From Bacteroidia bacterium (GTDB taxonomy: Bacteria; Bacteroidota; Bacteroidia; UKL13-3), in NCBI GenBank assembly GCA_041675505.1, contig JBAYTR010000010.1, positions 67,895-131,894 of the forward strand: a stretch of DNA of 64,000 nucleotides. Direction: 5' to 3'. Positions 18,323 through 25,671 of this stretch are shown here, piece after piece. The notes below the pieces were generated by a model, which made no database searches, was not told the DNA's origin, and worked only from the letters and a program-made list of their open reading frames with translations. The first letter of the stretch is position 1. The number at the start of each line of letters is the position of its first letter. Position numbers and translations under genes: made by a program.

Positions 18323-20189
18323 TGCGATAAAAATATTTGCTTTCGTGTTTTAGTTTAAACAATTCCCGTGAAGACAAAAAAACAATAACTAAACAAATTA
18401 AGAAACAATAAAAAATATAATTGCCATATTTAATTGTATGTAAAACTTCTTTGTATTCTATAGGGTCGCTATTCGGAACAACTTCTTGCCTTGCAAATTC
18501 ATGTTTCAATTCATCTAATTTTGGAGTTTTAGGATGTAAAATGTGAAACATACTTGATGTAATCTCAAGTAAAATAAATAACGAGCCTATAAAGTAAAGT
18601 AACGTGGGTTTTCTTACATGCTTCCATAATGAACTTTCTATAAACAGTCGAAAGTTTTCAACTTTATTAGTGAACAGTTTTAAGAGATATAAAAAGGGCA
18701 ACAATGGTGTTAAAAATATTCGCCAACCTGCCCACTTTTTTGTGTGTAACGTTTTTCTTTCAAGTTCAAAATAATGCTTTTCATTTTGACGATATTCAGC
18801 TAACAAATCATCAGCTACGAACAAACTGTAATCAATAGTTTGAGGAACAGGTATGCCCTCAGCCCTATATCGCAAAAGCGTTAATTCTTTCAAATCATCT
18901 TTAATCGGATTAGTTTTTGAGTAATACAAATTGCCAATATCTCTCCACTCTCTTAATCTATCTACATAGTATTTAAGAATTTCTTCAAGTGAAAATTTCT
19001 CTTTTTTATTATTGATAAGAAACTGGATATAACTTTTAATAGTTTCATCTGCGATTAAGAGGTTAAGCAATTCGTCTTGGGTATCATCATCATATTTGAG
19101 TTTTGTTTTCAGAAAGTGAATTAAGCCCGTTGTATCGCTTTTCTTTAGATACGAATGAATTCTGTGTAAATTTTTATCAATGCCGTAGAGCAACCCTTTA
19201 AGTTTTTCTGAATTTTCAGGTGCATTATTACCTAAGATGCCCGTAAACATGAAACTTTGATCGTTGTCATACGCTAAGTTTTCTAATTCAATAATTTTTT
19301 TGTTTGCTTCTCCATTATGCTTATCAAGTAAGAAATCAATACTTATAAAATCACATGAGAATGAGACAGAATTATTGCAATAGTCATCGTTATCTACTTC
19401 TTCGTCAATGGTTCCATTATTTTTATATGTTTTTTTACTTACTTTACGAAGTTCATATCCAAAATCTTTTCTTTCTTCTACCAATGTAGATGTAGATGTT
19501 TTGTATTGCTCATAATAGATATGACCAATACAAAATCCTGTTGAAGGAGTATCATAACAGATGATTGATTGAGTAATATTTTCTTTTCCGTATTGAGACG
19601 GAAAATTTTGTGGATTCTTATATAATCTACCTAAGTCATTAGACGAACTAGTTAAATCTCCACTTCCTACAGCCAGAAAAGCAATTTTTGAAACTAATCC
19701 ACCAATAACCTTTGTATTGGTTTTTAATATTTTCTCTTTAAAGAGGTTTACCCCATTCTCTTTAAAGACTAAATTGTTACTATTGTCAACATCTAAACAT
19801 TGTGAAAGATTGAGATTAAACTCTTTATTACAAATATCTTTCTTTGTTTTAATGTCAAGCAAGTCCTGAAACTTTTTAAGTTCTGCTTGTAGCTTGGTGG
19901 CATCGCAATGGTTCAAATAGATAAGATGAGATGGGTCGCAAATGGCTGCGTCTGCTAAACCAAGCAAAACGGAAAAGGTTGCAAATCCATCACCCTTTAA
20001 TTTCTTGCTCTGGTCAAACCTGAAATCATTTTTTGTTCCAATTATAACTACTTCTAATTCCGAAAATGGTGTGTCATGGAAATCATTGCCATAGTATGCA
20101 ACATAAAATGGAAGGTATAATACCGTGTCAGTTGATACGGCAATTTCAAGTTTGTCTTTTGTTCGTATGGAAGAAAATCCTGAATCCAT
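18315..20189 (-). CDS. Membrane-anchored protein with an N-terminal NMT1/THI5-like (SBP-fold) domain and three C-terminal TM helices
   Basis: N-terminal LYLPFYVAYYGNDF...GDGFATFSVLLGLADAAICDP parallels IYLPFYIAQEKGFF...GNDDQVFATVLKGEAQFGIGDP in the adjacent lipoprotein SBP. The C-terminus carries hydrophobic helices (WAGWRIFLTPLLPFLYLL, LLYFIGSLFILLEI, IFYCFLICLVIVFL). Confidence 0.6.
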   Translation of the reverse strand: MDSGFSSIRTKDKLEIAVSTDTVLYLPFYVAYYGNDFHDTPFSELEVVIIGTKNDFRFDQSKKLKGDGFATFSVLLGLADAAICDPSHLIYLNHCDATKLQAELKKFQDLLDIKTKKDICNKEFNLNLSQCLDVDNSNNLVFKENGVNLFKEKILKTNTKVIGGLVSKIAFLAVGSGDLTSSSNDLGRLYKNPQNFPSQYGKENITQSIICYDTPSTGFCIGHIYYEQYKTSTSTLVEERKDFGYELRKVSKKTYKNNGTIDEEVDNDDYCNNSVSFSCDFISIDFLLDKHNGEANKKIIELENLAYDNDQSFMFTGILGNNAPENSEKLKGLLYGIDKNLHRIHSYLKKSDTTGLIHFLKTKLKYDDDTQDELLNLLIADETIKSYIQFLINNKKEKFSLEEILKYYVDRLREWRDIGNLYYSKTNPIKDDLKELTLLRYRAEGIPVPQTIDYSLFVADDLLAEYRQNEKHYFELERKTLHTKKWAGWRIFLTPLLPFLYLLKLFTNKVENFRLFIESSLWKHVRKPTLLYFIGSLFILLEITSSMFHILHPKTPKLDELKHEFARQEVVPNSDPIEYKEVLHTIKYGNYIFYCFLICLVIVFLSSRELFKLKHESKYFYRNE

Positions 20190-20191
20190 AT

Positions 20192-21205
20192 TTAATTTGT
20201 CTTGGTATCTGAAATAGATTTTTCGGCAAAGGAATTATCTACTGCATCTGATGTTGGTTTCATTTCCTTCATGTCGCCTATATCAACTCTTACTTGTATC
20301 GCTTTCTGCCAAGCTTCATCACTCATTACAGCATGGTCTGGAATTGTTTTATCTGCTACCATTCTTTTTACAGCATTTGCAACAACTGCTTTGTCAAGGT
20401 TGGGGAAAAGTTTTGCTGCAATTTCTGCCGTTCCTGCTTCATCTGTGTGGCAATACTGTAATGCCTTTTCAATTGCGTTTACAAATTTTTGAACAGTTTC
20501 CTTATTGGCGTTTATGTATTCCTCTGTCGTTGTTAAGCCAGTGAAAGCAAATCTTCCATAAAACTGCGGTGAGGAGTAAACAACTTTGTAACCTTTACTT
20601 TCAGCTATTGATGTTCCTGGTTCTAAGTCCATCGCAATATCGGCACTTCCATTTTCAAGTAAAGCCAACTGTGAACCAATTGGGGCTTGAACAATGATTG
20701 TGTTTTTTAATAAATCTCCTCCTTTCATGAGTGTCTTTTTCATCAAAGCGTAATTTGTTGACGGGTCGGGGAATGTTCCAACTTTCAAACCAGCCAAATC
20801 ACCAGGCTGTTCTATGGTTTTGATGTTATCCTTGTTTGTTACACCCCAAATTGTTACTCCGTCAACGATGGAACCAATTACTTTTCCTTTTGCTCCTTTC
20901 TCTCGTGATATGGCAGTGAATACAGGGTCGCCAATTCCAAATTGTGCTTCGCCTTTCAAAACGGTTGCAAAAACCTGGTCGTCATTACCTGAAAACTTTA
21001 CAGTAATTTCAAGTCCTTCGTCTTTGAAAAAACCCTTCTCCTGTGCAATGTAGAAAGGTAGGTAAATTAGATACTTCTCTTGTCCCCACTGCGCTACTAT
21101 TACTTTGGTGACTTCGGTGGTTTTTGGCTTTTCAGTGTTGCATGAATTGCATCCTCCCAAAATGATTGTGAGAACCAGTAATGCTGCTAAAACTATTTTA
21201 TTCAT
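20192..21205 (-). CDS. ABC transporter substrate-binding lipoprotein, NMT1/THI5-like (NitT/TauT family)
   Basis: Lipoprotein signal LVLTIILGGCNSC followed by an SBP of the SsuA/THI5 type. Confidence 0.75.
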   Translation of the reverse strand: MNKIVLAALLVLTIILGGCNSCNTEKPKTTEVTKVIVAQWGQEKYLIYLPFYIAQEKGFFKDEGLEITVKFSGNDDQVFATVLKGEAQFGIGDPVFTAISREKGAKGKVIGSIVDGVTIWGVTNKDNIKTIEQPGDLAGLKVGTFPDPSTNYALMKKTLMKGGDLLKNTIIVQAPIGSQLALLENGSADIAMDLEPGTSIAESKGYKVVYSSPQFYGRFAFTGLTTTEEYINANKETVQKFVNAIEKALQYCHTDEAGTAEIAAKLFPNLDKAVVANAVKRMVADKTIPDHAVMSDEAWQKAIQVRVDIGDMKEMKPTSDAVDNSFAEKSISDTKTN

Positions 21206-21261
21206 TTTGACGGTTTTAATTGCTATTTTATATTGTAAAGATAGTTATTCACTCGATAAAT

Positions 21262-22788
21262 TCAACAATTGCTTCCCTTCTCAAAAAGTGTTTTCCAAAG
21301 GAATGTATCAAACAATTGTGCTAAGTTGTAAGTCAAAAACAAAAATAAAGTTCCTCCCAATAGTATTGCCAAAAACCATTTCCAAAGGTTGCTGTAAATT
21401 TTGAGTTTGCCATCAATGAATGCTACATCAGCATTGAATTCTTTATCATTATTAAGGATTCTCTGAATGTCTTCTTTTTCTAAAAGGTCAGTGTAGCGTT
21501 CTTTCAAATTTGTGTAGCTGTCAACGAATCTTTTGCGTTGCTCTTTCACTTCCCACTTTGCTACTAAGTAATAAAGGAATGAGCCGAACAAAAAAACAAT
21601 TGAAAGAACTGCTGTGTCAAGTGTAAACACATTTACAAAATCTCCATTGCCCAAAACTTTTATTGCGATTGCAGAAAAGTAAAAAGTGATTAGCGCCAAA
21701 GAACTTTTTTGAAAACCACTTGCAAATGTTTCAATGACTTTGTTTGCTCTGTTGTTGAAGTCAAGCAACTGGTCAGAAATTTTATTTCTGATTTCAATGT
21801 ATTGCTTGATGTTCTGCTTCTCGTAAACTTTGTAACTTGATTGAATAGATTGAAATGGATGCCCTTTCAATTCTAATTCACCACTATTTTCAAAGTGAAG
21901 TGAAATAATGTTTCTGGCTAAACCAATTTTATCATTGAGGTTTCCGCCACAATAAACCCAATTGTATATATTGAAATATTCTTTCGTTCCATCTATCGGC
22001 AATGCTTTTACATCAACTTTTCCTTTGATTGATTTATAACCGTTGATTTTAAATTCAAGTTCGTTGGCTTTTAGCGAAGTAATGTCAAACAAATAAACAA
22101 CGGAAAGCACAACAGCATAATGATTGAAAAGCAAACACAGCTTGCTGTGTTTTGCATTTTCAATTTGCAACTGAAAATCATCAGGCGTTAAGTTGTGTTC
22201 TTCAATGTTGGTGTAATTACTTGCTGAAAGAATGCTATCAAGGCGTTTATGCCTGTCAGCAAATGTTTGAGTAGGTGTGGTAGCACCTATTTGTGTAAAG
22301 AAAATATTTGCTGTATTGAATGGCTTGTCAAGATTCAACACTTTGAAGTTTACAAAAGGTGTGTTTGATAAAACACGATTGAAAACCGCATACGCTTCTG
22401 CTACTGACAAACTTTCAAGTGTTGCTGTGAAGATTTCTAAATCATATATAGAAATATTGTTTGAAATATTTCCTTTAGTGATTTTGAAGGTTGCTGTGAT
22501 TGGTTCGCCTTCCTGATGCAAATATTCCTTATCAAGTTCAGTTTTGAAATCGGTAAAATTTGAACTGGTTGAATAAAATGATTTTGGGTCGGCTTCTCCA
22601 AATTTGATTGTGAATGTTAATTGGTCGTTAGGCTCTAAAAAGTTGTAGGCGGTTTGAATGCTTGCAACCTCTGTCGATGAAAAGTTTGTTGCTGACAATT
22701 CACAAATAAATTCTTTGTCATTCTCTGAAACAGTTGTTTGAGAATAAGTAGAGAAAAAAGAGTGAATGAATTTATCAGCAAATTGCAT
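21262..22788 (-). CDS. Hypothetical protein with a soluble N-terminal 370 aa and three C-terminal TM helices (508 aa)
   Basis: Translationally coupled (TAATG) to the upstream NA37-like gene. It has no nucleotide-binding motifs. The TM helices are LALITFYFSAIAIKVL, AVLSIVFLFGSFLYYLVA and WFLAILLGGTLFLFLTY. Confidence 0.55.
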   Translation of the reverse strand: MQFADKFIHSFFSTYSQTTVSENDKEFICELSATNFSSTEVASIQTAYNFLEPNDQLTFTIKFGEADPKSFYSTSSNFTDFKTELDKEYLHQEGEPITATFKITKGNISNNISIYDLEIFTATLESLSVAEAYAVFNRVLSNTPFVNFKVLNLDKPFNTANIFFTQIGATTPTQTFADRHKRLDSILSASNYTNIEEHNLTPDDFQLQIENAKHSKLCLLFNHYAVVLSVVYLFDITSLKANELEFKINGYKSIKGKVDVKALPIDGTKEYFNIYNWVYCGGNLNDKIGLARNIISLHFENSGELELKGHPFQSIQSSYKVYEKQNIKQYIEIRNKISDQLLDFNNRANKVIETFASGFQKSSLALITFYFSAIAIKVLGNGDFVNVFTLDTAVLSIVFLFGSFLYYLVAKWEVKEQRKRFVDSYTNLKERYTDLLEKEDIQRILNNDKEFNADVAFIDGKLKIYSNLWKWFLAILLGGTLFLFLTYNLAQLFDTFLWKTLFEKGSNC

Positions 22789-23825
22789 TAGCTATTGCCG
22801 TTTTGTCTGTTGCTGAAATATTGATAGCCTTGTTCCGATTTGATTTTCACATATCTTGTTCCGTCTGCATCTTTTTCCGCTGTGATTATTGTTTCAAGGT
22901 TCGGAATATCTTCTTTCAAGTGCAAATCAATTTGGCTTGTCAAGGGGATAGTGTTTAGAAATTTTGCCCTAATCTTTGCCTTTACAATCGTGAACTGTTC
23001 GTCAAAAGGTGTTCTTGGTTTTGATGGCAATTGTCGGATTTGAGTTTTGATTTCTGCAACATCAAGGTTGGAATCGAAGGGAGTGTAGTTTCCAATTGCT
23101 GTGTCCAAATACTCTTGCATGTCAAAATTGTCGTTGGCTCTGAAATAGCGAACGGTGCTATTACGCAAATGCAAATAATCTTGTGGGTGTTTCTTTTTCA
23201 GTTTTGTAAATATGCCTTTGTCAATTGCTTCAAAAGCATTTTCTGTATTGTCCTCGTCTGAATAAACTTTGGTGAGTTCTAAAAAATCTTTCCACCAATA
23301 ATGAGAAAGGTTTGGATTGGTGTCATACACCAAAACATTAGTTACAGTTTGGTCGCTGTTTAGCGAACAAACAAATGCTTTGAAAACCTTTTTCTTTAAT
23401 GGAAGTCCTCTTGAAATAGTAAAATTTATTTCGTTTAAGAAATCGCTGTGGTCTGCTTTACAGATTACAAGTTTGTTGACGCTGTTTTCTGTTACCAATG
23501 CTTGAACAACAATTCCCTTTTGAATCTCAACTCCAAGTTTCAACATTTTTGCTTGTGCCTCTTGCTCTTTCTTCAAAAGTCGTGTTACTATTGTTGATGC
23601 AATTGCAGGAAATTCTTCACCTGCAATAATTTTCGTAATCTGTCCTCTTACTTCTGTTGTGTCGCTGTCAAACTTGAAGTTTCTACCACTGCTGCCTGTC
23701 GTAATGAGATTTACCAGTCCTTGCAAGTATGTGTTGAAGTCAGCACCATAAATTGATTGCTCAATTGATTCAACCGCTTGTTCATGAATGTCAACCTTAA
23801 ATATTTGTATGGCTGTTATGTCCAT
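22788..23825 (-). CDS. Nucleoid-associated protein NdpA/YejK-like (NA37 family), tentative
   Basis: MDITAIQIFKVDIHEQ resembles the YejK N-terminus MSLDINQIALHQLIKRDEQ, and the later block GIVVQALVTENSVNKLVICKADHSDFL parallels GGFVLFCHY...LLVAVL. The upstream 22 codons of the listed ORF look non-coding. Confidence 0.45.
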   Translation of the reverse strand: MDITAIQIFKVDIHEQAVESIEQSIYGADFNTYLQGLVNLITTGSSGRNFKFDSDTTEVRGQITKIIAGEEFPAIASTIVTRLLKKEQEAQAKMLKLGVEIQKGIVVQALVTENSVNKLVICKADHSDFLNEINFTISRGLPLKKKVFKAFVCSLNSDQTVTNVLVYDTNPNLSHYWWKDFLELTKVYSDEDNTENAFEAIDKGIFTKLKKKHPQDYLHLRNSTVRYFRANDNFDMQEYLDTAIGNYTPFDSNLDVAEIKTQIRQLPSKPRTPFDEQFTIVKAKIRAKFLNTIPLTSQIDLHLKEDIPNLETIITAEKDADGTRYVKIKSEQGYQYFSNRQNGNS

Positions 23826-24284
23826 GTTGTATATTTTAAAATGTGAAAAATTGTTGGTTAACGGGTGCTGATAAAGCGTTGGCGATTGCACACTTTTGAT
23901 TTCGCCTTTGGGTTGGCTTGTACGTGAGCTGCAAATGCAAATGTGTACTGGTGTTTTTTGTTTTCCAGCTGAAGCGTTTACAATTCAAGGAGGTGTCGTT
24001 GGTGTCAAGTTTTGTCAAAAAGTTCATTTTTCATCTGTCAGTTTAATGTTAACACTGTTGCCATAGGGTTTCCGGCAGCTTTTTTATATGCGAAGGTTTG
24101 CCTGGTTTTGTAAATATATCAATTTGCTCATAACTCTTCAAAAAGGGGGTTGTTTTTTGAATACTTTGTGATGTAAATCGCTTTGAAAATCTTGGCCAAT
24201 TAGGCCACGGGAATTTGCAAGACAGGTGAACAGGTTAGGTTGCATAGCATATTGGTTTTCAACGGCAAATTAGAAGGTTTTTTA

Positions 24285-24615
24285 TTACTGTGCAAATTTA
24301 TTATTGTGCTCGCATTGGGAGACTGCTTCTCCCGATAGCCATCGGGTCTCGGTGGCATTGCTTTTTGGGGTGCCGCGCTAGGCTCAATAAGACGTTTCTT
24401 TTTTGAAGAGAGATAGACTTTAAGCACATCGTCTTTGCGATGAACTTCTGGGTAGTGTGTTGGGTAGTCAAGAAGCAAACTTTAGTTCAGGGAAGCAACC
24501 TCCTATTACAACTTTGTGCTCACATTGGGGGACTGCCACGGGCTCTCATCACACAGGCTAAGCTTCGCCCTCGCAGTGACGTTGGTTTTGACAGTGACGT
24601 TCTTTTTTGAGTGCC
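24285..24615 (+). repeat. Two tandem units of about 207 bp sharing a 24-nt 5' core (ttgtgctcRcattgggRgactgc) and a 3' gacgtt(t)cttttttga motif
   Basis: The cores sit at 24304-24326 and 24514-24537. The 3' motifs sit at 24391-24408 and 24597-24612. Unit 1 contains internal hairpins gggagactgcttctccc and cccgatagccatcggg. Confidence 0.5.
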
Positions 24616-24627
24616 TTTGAAGTAATG

Positions 24628-25035
24628 TTACTTCATCTCCTGGCACAACTCAATCAGTACTCCGTTGGTGGCTTTGGGGTGCAGGAAACAAATGAGTTTA
24701 TTATCAGCACCGCGCTTGGGTGTTTCATGGATAAATTGAAATCCGGCTGCTTCTAAACGGGTTATTTCTGCTTCAATGTCTTCTACATCAAATGCAATGT
24801 GGTGTATGCCCTCGCCTTTTTTCTCAATAAATTTTGCAATGGCACTGTCGGCTGAGGTGGCTTGCAGCAACTCTACTTTGCTTTCTCCGGTTTTAAAAAA
24901 AGCGGTGATTACGTGTTCGCTTTCCACGCCCTCTTCTTTGTAGCAGGGTGTTCCCAAAAGTGCGGCAAACAGGCTTTTGGATGCTTCTATATCTTTAACG
25001 GCTATGCCCAGGTGTTCAATCTTGCGTAAATTCAT
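24628..25035 (-). CDS. Methylmalonyl-CoA epimerase (VOC/glyoxalase family)
   Basis: MNLRKIEHLGIAVKDIEAS...GEGIHHIAFDVEDIEA...LHPKATNGVLIEL, 135 aa. Confidence 0.8.
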   Translation of the reverse strand: MNLRKIEHLGIAVKDIEASKSLFAALLGTPCYKEEGVESEHVITAFFKTGESKVELLQATSADSAIAKFIEKKGEGIHHIAFDVEDIEAEITRLEAAGFQFIHETPKRGADNKLICFLHPKATNGVLIELCQEMK

Positions 25036-25228
25036 GCAGCAAAGTAACCTCAAAAAATAAAAACCCGCCAAGGTTTACTTTCCCCGGCAGGGAAGAAGCC
25101 CGTAAACGCTCAGTAGTTAAGAGGTAAAATAACCGTTCCGTCTACAGGATTTAACCTGAAAACAGGGCAGGAGTGGATATTATTTAGAATTGTTCTAACT
25201 TTGCATACATTTTGAATAGCACGAACGC

Positions 25229-25555
25229 ATGATTACAGTATCAGATAAAGCAAAACACCGGTTGGTTGACCTTAAAAAAGAGTCCAACTACGATGACAGT
25301 TATTTTTTGCGTGTTTCCGTGAAGAGTGGCGGTTGCTCAGGCCTTTCCTACGATTTAGGTTTTGACAACGAAGCCAAGCCGGGCGATCAGGAGTTTAATG
25401 ACGAGGGGGTAAAAGTGGTGGTTGACACCCGCAGCATGCTGTACCTGTTTGGTACGGAGCTCGATTTTTCTGACGGACTCAACGGCAAAGGATTTAACTT
25501 TATTAACCCCAACGCCAGCCGTACCTGCAGTTGCGGGGAAAGTTTTTCGGTATAA
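25229..25555 (+). CDS. Iron-sulfur cluster insertion/assembly protein, IscA/ErpA/HesB family
   Basis: VKSGGCSGLSY and C-terminal CSCGESF motifs; 108 aa. Confidence 0.9.
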   Translation: MITVSDKAKHRLVDLKKESNYDDSYFLRVSVKSGGCSGLSYDLGFDNEAKPGDQEFNDEGVKVVVDTRSMLYLFGTELDFSDGLNGKGFNFINPNASRTCSCGESFSV

Positions 25556-25576
25556 CAGAAAGAAATTACGGCATTA

Positions 25577-25616
25577 AGATGTCCTGTGTGGTTTACTGCG
25601 CAGGACATTTTTTATT
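25577..25616 (+). terminator. Rho-independent terminator
   Basis: 8-bp stem atgtcctg / caggacat followed by tttttta. Confidence 0.6.
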
Positions 25617-25671
25617 TACAATAATTTAAATTCGAAAATCAACGGGCAACAATTAAATTGCCGCAGATTTT

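Noticed and set aside
23826-23891. Upstream 22 codons of the NA37-like ORF (MQSPTLYQHPLTNNFSHFKIYN)
   Set aside because: AT-rich promoter-like sequence. The ATG at 23825 (MDITAIQIF) matches the family N-terminus better.
24200-24478. 92-aa minus-strand ORF spanning the tandem repeat units
   Set aside because: The translation is low-complexity and it lies across non-coding-looking repeats with hairpins and T-runs. More likely to be RNA or intergenic sequence.
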